DNA of 57,312 nucleotides, the filler included, from Sphacelaria rigidula (Eukaryota), in NCBI GenBank assembly GCA_964200075.2. It is 5 parts of 5 records of this genome, joined end to end, with 100 filler letters (N's around TTAATTAATTAA, not from the genome) between each part and the next. Parts side by side here need not be neighbours in the genome. Positions count along the whole stretch, not along the records: positions 11,484 to 22,866 come from CAXNAA020004991.1; 4 more parts are not named here. One strand, written 5' to 3'. The stretch's first letter is position 1. Each line of letters starts with the position of its first letter. The notes under the pieces were generated by a model, which saw only the letters and a program-made list of their open reading frames with translations, ran no database searches and was not told the origin of the DNA. The position numbers and the translations under genes are program-made. Of this stretch, positions 11,484 to 22,966 are shown in pieces.

Positions 11484-14400
11484 CTCCGCCCGTGTGGCAT
11501 CGCGATCCTGTCGGACCTGGTATGTTCGCCGTCGGAGGTAGCTTGATTGTCCGGCGTGCCTTCGCTGCATGGTCGCCAACCGGTCGTCGACCCTACCCGC
11601 CACCTCCCCACAGACCGGTGGGGCGGAGGTCGAGAGGGTCGACGACCGGTTGGCAACAACGGAGCGAGAGCACGCCAGACAACCAACCAACCTGCCACGG
11701 CAAACATACCAGCTCCGGCAGGTCCTCGATGTTACACGAGCGGAGACCACGGATCTCCACCTTCAAAGCGTTCGAGCTCCGTGGTTTTCGCCGGTAGGGC
11801 ATCGAGGTTCTGCCGGACCTGGTATGTTTGCCGTCGGATGTTGGTCAATTGTCCGGCGTGCTCTCGCTGCGTGGTTGCCACCCGATCGTCTAGCATTCCT
11901 ACCACCTGGTCACAGACCGGTGGGGCGGAGGCGGGAAAAATGGGCAACCGGGTAGCAACAATGGAGCGAGAGCACGTCATGCCATTGACCAATCTGCCAC
12001 GGAGAACATACCAGCTCCGGCAGGACCTCGATGTCACACGGGCGACGACCACGGAGCTCCAACTCTGGAGCTTTGGAGCTCCGTGGTCTTCGCCCGTGTG
12101 GCATCGCGATCCTGTCGGACCTGGCATGTTTGCCGTCGGATGTTGATCAATTGCCTGGCGTGCTCTCGCTGCATGGTCGCCAACCGGTCGTCGACCCTTC
12201 CTGCCACCTCGCCACAGACCGGTTGGTCGGAGGTCGACAGGGTCGACGACCGGGTAGCAACCATGGAGCGAGAGCACGCCAGACAATCAACCAACCGGCC
12301 ACGGCAAACATACCAGCACCGGCAGGACGTCGACGTTACACGAGCGGAGACCACGGAGCTCCAACTTCGGAGCGTTCGAGCTCCGTGGTCTTCGCCCGTA
12401 GGACATCGAGGTCCTGCCGGACCTGGTATGTTTGCCGTCGCAGGTCGCTCGATTGTCCGGCGTGCTCTTGCCATATTGGTGTTACCCGGTCGTCGACCCT
12501 CCCCACCAACTCCCCGCAGACCGGTGCGGCAGAGGTGGGGAGGTTGAACGATCGGGTAGCAACAATGGAGCGAGAACACACCGGACAACCGAGCAACCTC
12601 CGACGGCAAACATACCAGCTCCGACAGAACCTTCATGTCACACGGGCGACGACCACGGAGCTCCAATTCTGGAGCGTTCGAGCTCCGTGGTCGTCGCCCG
12701 TGTGGCATCGCGATCTTGTCGGACCTGGTATGTTCGCCGTCGAAGGTTGCTTGGTTGTCCGGCGTGCCTTCGCTGCATGGTCGCCAACCGGTCGTCGACC
12801 CTTCCCGCCACCTCCCCACAGACCAGTTGGTCGGAGGTCGGGAGGGTCGACGGCCGACTAGCAATAATGAAGCGGGGGCACGCCAGACAATCAACACACC
12901 TGCCACGGCAAAAATACCAGCACCGGCAGGACGTCGATGTTACCCGAGCGGAGACCGCGGAGCCCCACCTTTGAAGCGTTGGAGCTCCGTGGTCTTTGCC
13001 CGTAGGGCATCGAGGTTCTGCCGGACCTGGTATGTTTGCCGTGGCAGGTTGCTTGGTTGTCCGGCGTGCTCTCGCTGCATGGTTGCCACCCGGTCGTCGA
13101 CCCTCCCCACTACTACCTCACGGACCGGTTCGTCGGAGGCGGGAAGGATGGGCGACCGGCTGGCAACAACATAGCGAGAGCACGCCGGACAATCAAGCAA
13201 CCTGCCACGGCAAACATACCAGCTCCGGCAGGACGTCGATGTAACACGAGCGGAGACCCCGGAGCTCCACCTTTGAGGCGTTCGAGCTCCGTGGTCTTCG
13301 CCCGGAGGGCATCACGATCCTGTCGGACCTGATATCTTTGCCTTCGTATGTTGCTCAATTGTCCGGCGTGCTCTCGCTGCATGGTTGCCACCCGGTCGTC
13401 GACCCTTCCCACCACTTCCCCACAGACCGGTGGGGCGGAGGCGGGAAGGATGGACGACCGGCTACCAACAATGGAGCGAGAGCACGCCGGACAACTGACC
13501 AACTTGCCACGGCAAACATATCAGGTCCCGCAGGACCTCGATGCCACACGAGCGGAGACCACGGAGCTCCAACTCTGGAGCGTTCGAGCTCCGTGGTCCC
13601 CGCTCGGGTGACATCGAGGTCCTGCCGGACCTGGTATGTTTGCCGTCGCAGGTCGCTCGATTGTCCGGCGTGCTCTTGCCATATTGGTGTTACCCGGTCG
13701 TCGACCCTCCCCACCACCTCCCCGCAGACCGGTGCGGCGGAGGTAGGGAGGTTGAACGATCGGGTAGCAACAATGGAGCGAGAGCACGCCGGACAACCAA
13801 GCAACCTGCCACGGCAAACATACCAGCTCCGGCAGAACCTTCATGTCACGCCGGCGAACACCACGGAGCTCCACCTTTGGAGCGTTCGGGTGCTGTGGTC
13901 TTCGCCCGTGTGGCATCGCGATCCTGTCGGACCTGGTATGTTCGCCGTCGGAGGTAGCTTGGTTGTCCGGCGTGCTCTCGCTGCATGGTCGCCAACCGGT
14001 CGTCGACCCTTCCTGCCACCTCGCCACAGACCGGTTGGTCGGAGGTCGAGACGGTCGACGACCGGCTAACAACAATGGAGCGAGAGCACGCCAGACAATC
14101 AACCAACCTGCCACGGCAAACATACCAGCACCGACAGGACGTCGACGTTACACGAGCGGAGACTACGGAGCTCCAACTCTAGAGCGTTGGGGAGCTGTGG
14201 TCTTCTTCCGTAGGGCATCGAGGTCCGATCGTATCTGGTATGTTTGCCGTCGGAGGTTGCTTGGTTGTACGGCGTGCTCTCGCTCCATGGTTGCTACCCG
14301 GTCATCGACCCTCCCCACCACCTCGCCACAGACCGGTGGGGCGGAGGAGGGAAGGATGGACGACCGGCTACCAACAATGGAGCGAGAGCACGCCGGACAA

Positions 14401-17400
14401 CTGACCAACGTGCCACGGCAAACACACCAGGTCCCGCAGGACCTCGATGCCACACGAGCGGAGACCACGGAGCTCCAACTCTGGAGCGTTGGAGCTCTGT
14501 GGTCTCCGCTCGGGTGACATCGAGGTCCTGCCGGACCTGGTATGTTTGCCGTCGCAGGTTGCTCAAATGTCAGGCGTGCTCTTGCCATATTGGTGTTACC
14601 CGGTCGTCGACCCTTCCCACCAACGCAGACCGGTGCGGCGGAGGTGGGAAGGTTGAACAATCGGGTAGCAACAATGGAGTGAGAGCACGCCCGACAACCA
14701 AGCAACCTGCCACGGCAAACATACCAGCTCCAGCAGGACCTTCATGTCACACGGGCGAACACCACGGAGCTCCAACTCTGGAGCGTTCGAGCTCCGTGGT
14801 CTCCGCTCGTGTGGCATCGAGGTCCTGCCGGACCTGGTATGTTTGCCGTGGCAGGTTGCTAGGTTGTCCGGCGTGCTCTCGCTGCATGGTTGCCACCCGA
14901 TCGTCGACCCTTCCCACCACCTTTCCGCAGACCGGTGCGGCAGAGGTGAAAATGGTGAACGATCGGGTAACAACAATGAAGCGAGAGCACGCCGGACAAT
15001 CAACCAACCGGCCACGGCAAACATACCAGGTCCGGCAGGACGTCGATATCACACGGGCGAAGACCACGGACCTCCAAGCTCCAAAGTCAGAGCTCCGTGG
15101 TCTTCGCTCGGGTGGCATAGAAGTCCTGTCGAATCTGGTATGTTTGCCGTGGCAGGGTGCTTGATTTTCCGGCGTACTCTCGCTCCATGGTTGCCACCCG
15201 GTCGTCGACACTTCCTGCCACCTCGCCACAGACCGGTGGGGCGGAGGTTGAAAGGGTCGACGATCGGATAACAACAATCGAGCGAGAGCACGCCGGACAA
15301 TCAAGCAACCTGCCACGGCAAATATAAAAGCTCCGGCAGAACCTTCATGTCACACGAGCGGAGACCACGGAGCTCCAACTTTTGAGTGCTCGGGCACAGT
15401 GCTTTCGCCTGTGTGGCATCGAGATCCTGTCAGACCTGGTATGTTTGACGTCGGAGGTTGCTCAAATGTCCGGCGTGCTCTCGCTCCATGGTTGTCACCT
15501 GGTCGTTGATCCTTCCCACCACCTCGCCACAAACCGGTTGGTCAGGTGTTGAAAGGGGTGACGACCGGGTAAAAAGAGTGGAGCGGGAGCACGCCAGACA
15601 ATCAAGCAATCTGTCACGGCAAACATACCAGCTCCGGCAAGACCTCGATGCCATACGAGCGAAGACCACGGAGCTCCACCTTTGCAGTGCTGGGGCGCCG
15701 TGGTCTTCGCCTGTGTGGCATCGAGGTCCTGTCCGACCTGATATGTTTGCTGTCGGAGGTTGCTCAAATGTCCGGCGTGCTCTCGCAGCATGGTTGCCAC
15801 CCGGCCGTCCACCCTTCCCACCACCTCCCCACAGACCAGGGCGGCGGAGGTGGGAAGGGTGGACTACCGGGTAGCACCAATGGAGCGAGAGCACGCCGGG
15901 CAACCAACCAACCTGCCACGGCAAACATACCAGGTCCGGCAGGACCTCGATGTCACACGAGCAAAGACCACGGACCTCCAACTCTAGAGCGTTGAGCCGC
16001 TGTGATCTTCGCCCGTGTGACATCGAGGTCCTGCCGGACCTGGTTTGTTTGCTGTCAGAGGTTGCTCAATTGTTCGGCGTGCTCTCGCTCCATGGTTTCC
16101 ACCCGGTCGTCCATCCTTCCCACCATCTTGCCACAGACCGGTGGGGCGGAGGCGGGAAGGGTGGACGACCGGATAACAGTAATGGAGCGAGAGCACGCCG
16201 GACAACCAAGCAACCTGCCACGGCAAACATACCAGGTCCGGCAGGACCTCGATGTCACACCACCGAACACCGCGGAGCTCCAACTCTGAAGCCTTGTGGC
16301 GCTGTGGTTTCCGCCCGTGTGGCATCGAGGTCCTGCCGGACCTGGTATGTTTGCCGTCGGAGGTTGCTCAATTGTCCGGCGTGCGTTCCTTCCATGGTTG
16401 CCACCTGGTCGTCGACTCTTCCCACCACCTCGCCATCGACCGGTGCGGCGGAGGTGGGAACGGTGGACGACCGGGTAACAATATTGAAGCAAGAGCACGC
16501 CGGACAACCAAGCAACCTGCCACGGCAAACATACCAGGTCCGGCAGGACCTCGATATTACACGAGCAAAGATCACGGAGCTCCAACTCTGAAGCCTTGTA
16601 GCGCTGTGGTGTCCGCCCGTGTGGCATCGAGGTCCTGCCGCACCTGGTACGTTTGCCGTCGGAGGTTGCTCAATTGTCCGGCGTGCTTTCGGATTATGGT
16701 TGCCACCCGGTCGTCGACTCTTTCCGCCACCTCCCCAAACACGGGTGGGGCGGAGGTGGGAAGGGTCGACGACCGAGTGGCAACCATGCAGCGAGAGCAC
16801 GCCGGACAATTGAGCAACCTACGACGGCAAACATACCAGGTCCGGCAGGACCTCGATGCCACACGAGCGGAGACCACAGCGCCCCAACGCTCCAAAGTTG
16901 GAGCTCCGTGGTCTCCGCTAGTGTGACATCAAGGTCCTGCCGGACCTGGTACGTTTTCCGTCGCAGGTTGCTCAATTGTCCGGCGTGCTCTTACTTTATG
17001 GTTGCCACCCGATCGTCGACCCTTCCCACCACCACCCCACCGACCGGTGGGGTTGAGGTGGGAGATTGGCCGATCGGGTAGCAACAATGGAACGAGAGCA
17101 CGCCGGACAACCAAGCAACCTCCAACGGCAAATATACCAGGTCCGGCAAAACCTCCCTGTCACACGAGCAAAGACCACGGAACTCCAAAGCTCCGAAGAC
17201 GGAGCTCCGTGCATTCCGCTCGTGTGGCAGCGAGGTCCTGCCGGATCTGGTATGTTTGCCACCCCAGGTTGCTTGGTTGTCCGGCGTGCTCTCGCTGCAT
17301 GGTTGCCACCCAGTCGTCGACCCTTCCCATCACCTCCCCACGGACCGGTGGGGCGGATGTGCGAACGGTGGACGCCCGGGTAGCAACAATGGAGCGAGAG

Positions 17401-19003
17401 CACGCCCGACAATTGACCAACCTGCCACGGTAAACATACCAGGTCCGGCAGGACCTCGATGCCACACGAGCGGAGACCACGGAGCTCCACCTTCGGAGCA
17501 TTGGAGCTCCGTGGTCTTCGCTCGTGTGGCATCGAGGTCCTGCCGGACCTGGTATGTTTCCCGTCGCAGGTTGCTCAATTGTCCGGCGTGCCCTTACTCC
17601 ATGGTTGCCACCCGGTCGTCGACCCTTCCCACCACCTCCCCGCAGACCGGTGCGGCGGAGGTGAGAACGGTGAACGATCGGGTAACAACAATGGAGCGAG
17701 AGCACGCCGGACATTTGAGCAACCTGCCACGGCAAACATACCAGCTCCGGCAGGACCTCGATGTTACACGAGCGGAGACCACGGACCTCCAAAGCTCCAA
17801 AGTCAGAGCTCCGTGGTCTTCGCCCGTGTGGCATCGAGGTCCTGTCGGACCTGGTATGTATGCCGTCGTAGGTTGCTCGATTTGCCGGCGTGCTCTCGCT
17901 CCATGAGTGCCACCCGGTCGTCGATCGTTTCCACCACCTCCCCACAGACCGGTGGGGCGGAGGTTGAAACGATCGACGACCGGGTAGCAACAATGGAGCG
18001 AGAGCACGCCGGACAATCAAGCAACCTGCCACGGCAAACATACCAGCTCCGGGAGGACCTCGATGTTACACGAGCGGAGACCACGGAGCTCCAACTCTGG
18101 AGCCTTGAGGTCCGTGGTGTCCGCTCGTGTGGCATCGAGATCCTGTCGGACCTGGTATGTTTGCCGTCGGAGGTTGGTCAACTGTCCGGCGTGCTCTCGC
18201 TCCATGCTTTCCACCCGGTCGTGGACCCTTCCAACCACCTCCCCACAGACCGGTGGGGCGGAGGTGGGAAGGTGAACGACCGGGTAACAACAATGGGGCG
18301 AGAGCACGCCAGACAATCAACCAACCTGCCACGGCAAACATACCAGGTCCGGCAGGACCTTGATATCACACGAGCAAAGACCACGGAGCTCTAACTTTGG
18401 AGTGTTGGGGCGCTGCGGTCTTCACCCGTGTGGCATCGAGATCCTGCCGGACCTGGTATGTTTGCCGTCGGAGGTTGCTCAATTGTCCGGCGTGCTTTCG
18501 CTCCGTGGTTTCCACCCGGTCGTCGACTCTTCCCATCACCTCGCCACAGACCAGTGGGGCGGAGGTGGTGGGAAGAGTCGACGACCGGGTGGCAACCATG
18601 GAGCGAGAGCACGCCGGACAATCAAGCAACCTGCCACGGCAAACATACCGGATCCGGTAGGACATCGATGTTACACGAGCGAAGACCACGGGCCTCCAAC
18701 TTTGGAGCGTTGGGGCTCTATGATTTCCGCTCGTGTGACATCGAGGTCCTGCCGGACCTGGTATGTTTGCCGTCGCAGGTTTCTCAATTGTCCGGCGTGC
18801 TCTCGCTTCATGGTTTCCACCCGATTATCCACCCTTCCCACCTCCGCCCCACCGGTCTGTGGGGAGGTGGTGGGAAGGGTCGACGATGGGGTGGCAACCA
18901 TGGAGCGAGAGCACGCCGGACAATTGAGCAATCTGCGACGACAAACATGCCAGATCCGGCAGGACCTCGATGTCACACGAACGGAGACCACGAAGCTCCA
19001 ACT
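11484..19003. repeat. Tandem satellite, ~302-bp unit, ~25 copies, each unit made of two inverted halves
   Basis: The GGCATCG..GGACCTGGTATGTTTGCCGT motif recurs about every 302 bp (~11496, 11799, 12101 and on). Its reverse complement ACGGCAAACATACCAG..CCGGCAGGACCTCGATG occurs within every unit. The array is truncated by the contig start. Confidence 0.95.
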
Positions 19004-19715
19004 TGACTATGATGAGATGCGCCCCCCACTGGCGCACATGGTAACAACCTCCGACGCTAGGGCGTTCAATCTTGGCACCCTAGAGGGGCGTACGGAAACA
19101 CCTGCACGGGATCAATCGAGGGCGTTTCGGACACGCACGGACAGATAGACGGGTGGAAGCATGGGATGAATGGGGCGAATGGGTCGAACGGGGCGAATGA
19201 GAGTGGGACGGGAGTGTCGGGTCTTGTGCTTGGAAAAAGACAGTATTTGGACGAAAAATCAAGAAAGTGTCATGTCCGGCGTTTGTCAGTCACACCAAGG
19301 TGCCTTCTGCTACTGCCGTACGCGAGACACCATGCAGACACCTAATAGTTGGATGCGATGCTACTCCGTACAGCAGCCGCGTTGGTCATGCTCAATCTCT
19401 ACCCAGGCATCGTGGCGGTAGGGCGCAGTGCGTAGCGCCGCTTCGTGCTCATGCACGTCTTGATCCAAAGCTCCCGACACACATACAGCAGCAACCCGAA
19501 ACAAAACACCACGAGTACGAAACTCGACGCAACACATGAGGCATGCGATTCGGGGTCTCACACTGTACAACATGTACCCAATGAGGCGGGCCTGGACGAA
19601 AATAAACAAGACCCGTTCAATGGCTATGTCAACTATTGTTCAAGAAAAACAAGACCACCCCCTCCCCCCTTTTCTCTCTCTCCGACGCACACACAATCAT
19701 AACACATGCACACAC

Positions 19716-19960
19716 CATGGCGTCCTTCAAGGCAGCGATTTCTGTCCCGTTGCTGAGCCCTTGCTGGGCAATGTCATTCATCGTTTGCAAAAGCCATTGG
19801 CTCCTCCTCTCCTCTCCCGCCTTGAACGCAAGGTTGAAGTCGCTCAGATTTCTGAGCATTCCCTGCGTCAGCCCCGCCTGATAGCTGAGCGCATTGATGT
19901 CGGTGTCGACCACACCCAACTGGGCCTGAGCTACGGCGACCTGGTCGTTGGCCGCAGTAA
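19716..19960 (-). CDS. Candidate exon of an unknown, probably helical/coiled-coil protein
   Basis: Open frame TAANDQVAVAQAQLGVVDTDINALSYQAGLTQGMLRNLSDFNLAFKAGEERRSQWLLQTMNDIAQQGLSNGTEIAALKDAM. GTGTG donor at 19715; CAGCAG acceptor at ~19961. No recognised family. Confidence 0.45.
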
Positions 19961-20210
19961 CTGCTGTTTGTTGCAAGGGTCGAGCAGTTACGACACCGGC
20001 GGGTGTATGCAGTAGTTTTTGCACGTATGAGTGAACGCAAGTCCGCCACACTTTCCGGCATGGTGCCGAAAACGAATATCAACACGTACGGAAGGCACAA
20101 CCACTTCCACTGCGAACGAAAAACTCATGTTCCAAGAAATTAATGCTGGTAATCTAAACGGACATGTAAACGCGACTACAAACGAAGTCGTGTGCCTCAC
20201 CATGCCTGTC

Positions 20211-20718
20211 TTGAGGCTTTTTCAATTTGCGTCCGAAGACGAGTTCCACACTTCTTGGATGACGAGCTCGTCCTCGCAGCGACGCATGCGCGACTCCATG
20301 GCGATAGGCTGTAAAGTGTGGGTAGGGTGAAGGAGAGGCGCGACGTCAAATACACCCCACAGCTCGTTGTTACATGCAACCACATTGTTACAACGAGCTG
20401 CGGGGTGTATTTGACGTCGCGCCTCTTCTCGACCTCACCCACACTTGACAGCATATCGCCATGGAGTCGCGCATCCGTCGCTGCGAAGACAAGCTTGCTG
20501 CACAAACCATCTTGAACTCGTCTTCGGACGCAAATTTCGAAAGCCTCAACTCAAACATGAAGCTTTGAAATTTACGTTCAAAGACAAGTTCCAAACGTCT
20601 TATGCAGCAAGCTTGTCTTCGCAGCGACGGGTGCGCGACTCCATGGCGATAGGCTGTCAAGTGTGGATGAGGTCAAGGAGAGACGCGACGTCAAGTACAC
20701 CCCCAAGCTCGTTGTAAC
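20211..20718. repeat. Three ~160-bp arms in alternating orientation (forward/reverse/forward)
   Basis: 20211-20374 is the reverse complement of 20386-20549. A third, forward copy lies at ~20558-20718 (GCGCGACTCCATGGCGATAGGCTGT...GACGTCAA(A/G)TACACCCC). Confidence 0.9.
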
Positions 20719-21840
20719 TAACGCGCAACAGACTGACGACGGACCATGCACGTACTGTCGATGTCTACACAATCACGGATACAGCAACCAACCCACAGTT
20801 TTGGCGGACAGTGTCCCCGTGCTGACAGAAGTGACTCATACAACACGCTGCTTCTCTATCGGGGGGTCAAGGACACGAGTGAGACAAAACGCTACGCAGC
20901 ACGTGGTGAAGATTCATATCCAGCACTACTTTTACACTTGGGAATTTGAATCTTGTCCATCGATTTTTCTCTGTAGACAGGAAGCAAATGAGAAACCTAG
21001 TGCGTACAACCTTCTTCCGAAAAGGTTCAAAACTATTACACGAGCCATTTGTTTTCGGCAGAGTATTTGTTATGCAGACAGTTATGGCACTTTTATTTCA
21101 TGTTCGGAAACACAAATAAATAAATAAAGTCCTTTCGGATTGTGGAAATTCGCACTTCCAGTTGCGAAATATCATCAATACGCGGAAAGTAGCCAAAGCA
21201 ACAAAAAAAGTAAAGAAGAAAAACGAAGGAAAATTTAAGCGAGTTCAAGTTTGTGCAAAACATATGATGGTGCCATAATTCCGTTAAGAGATCAAAAGCT
21301 ATTCCTGCTGCCGTCAAGAATTGACTTGCGCGGAGAAGATCGTTGTAAAAAGATGGGCTTGAAAGAGACTCCAGTTCTCCGGTCGCAAAGGTCACGAGTC
21401 GAATGCCGATATACTATTTTTTTTCGGTTGTTGCAGAATCTGATTCCGTGGTTGATGCCATATATTTTCAAGTACAACTTTCTTCTCATTTTCTTGTCTT
21501 GACCGGCAGAGCGTGTAGGTTGGTCTGTAGTCTGCACTTCACAGAGATATTCTTACATTGGGTTGATTCGGGAATCTGTAAAAACAATTGCGTGCCCGGC
21601 GTATGCATGTTTCTAGGCTTGCCCAGCTCGTACACAACATCCTATATCATATCTCCTCATGACTTAAGCCATCTTTTTGTTTTAGGCGTAAAAGGTGTAG
21701 AACGACATGATATATCTCATCACATACATGGTTTTCGTTCGCAGTGAAAGTGGTATAGCTTCCGTACGTGTTGATATTCGGGTTCCTACTCCGTGCTGGA
21801 GAGTGTGACCAACTGGTCTCCACTCATACGTGCTTGCCAG

Positions 21841-22866
21841 GTTGGCCAAAAGTGCGCAAACTGGGGCTCGTAGAACATGGGGTTGAGTTCGCCAAATGCG
21901 TGTGTGAACGGGGCTTCGCAGTGGCGCATCGAGTGCGTGGGAACTTGACCATCGTCCCGCGGAATCGACAGTCGTGTAGCGTAGCGCCTACCGCCTTAGA
22001 AGCAGGAACATCTTCTGATACGATAGCTGCTACCCCTACGACCGTTCATCGTAGGATGGAAGGTTTACAGAGACTCCCCAGCCCCGAGAAGGACTCAGGA
22101 GTCCAGTCGAACATGGTAACACATGCGTGCGAAATTCCGCGTGTGCCCGGTCCCCTTTTATTTAGTGAGCGTAATTTTTCGTGCACGACGCGCGCCAGTG
22201 CCGAATCCTTGCTTTCCGTAGCTCAGCGGGTTGGGAAGGAACCCCAAGCGACAGTGCCGACCAAGCACCACGCGTGTAGCCACGAACGGACTGACCTTGT
22301 CAACTTCCCAAAAGCCCCTGGAACAGTCGGCTCTAGAGTGCGCTATACGCGACACCAGGAGAGGGCTCTTCCGGATGAAGCTGTAAATAAACCTGTAGTT
22401 GCCGCTGCATCCGCCCACCAAGAAGGCGCCCGGGTGCCGGGCACAGCGGATGAAGGCCTTGTCGTAGAACAGGTCGGTGTTTCCCAGATCCCGAACAGAT
22501 CAGCACCGCTTCCTGCCGACCCCTCGGAATTTATGTTGGAGAATAAAGTAGCGTTGAAAACTGTTGGGACAGGAAAACCGCTGCGCCCTGCATGTATGTC
22601 TCATGGTGCCGGACAAACCCCGGCTGTGCCGTCCAAATTGCAGTGTGATCAGGACCGTTTCTCCCCTACTTTTCACAGCTCCAAACAACTATCGCAAACA
22701 TCCACATCCACTTGCTTTCCTAGGCGTCGTCCATCCCTAACTGTGTACGAAATCCAACATTCGTCTACTGCACCACTCGCCATGCAAAACCCCCCGTGCC
22801 ACGACGGCCCTTCGGAAAACACATTCGCTCCGGAGGATCAATCTCGAGTCTATTTTAGTACCATTG
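21841..22866 (+). CDS. Long open frame, probable exon of an unknown low-complexity protein, cut by the contig end
   Basis: More than 340 stop-free codons after a TTGCCAG acceptor (ends 21840). Ser/Pro/Thr/Ala-rich, with no recognisable domain. Confidence 0.4.
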
Positions 22867-22966
22867 NNNNNNNNNNNNNNNNNNNNNNNNNNNNNNNNNN
22901 NNNNNNNNNNTTAATTAATTAANNNNNNNNNNNNNNNNNNNNNNNNNNNNNNNNNNNNNNNNNNNN
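22867..22966. other. Artificial contig linker
   Basis: N44-TTAATTAATTAA-N44. Confidence 0.98.

Noticed and set aside
11484-19148. Dozens of overlapping ORFs (up to 311 aa) on both strands
   Set aside because: They are by-products of a GC-rich palindromic satellite. The ~302-bp unit shifts frame each copy and the same peptides appear on both strands.
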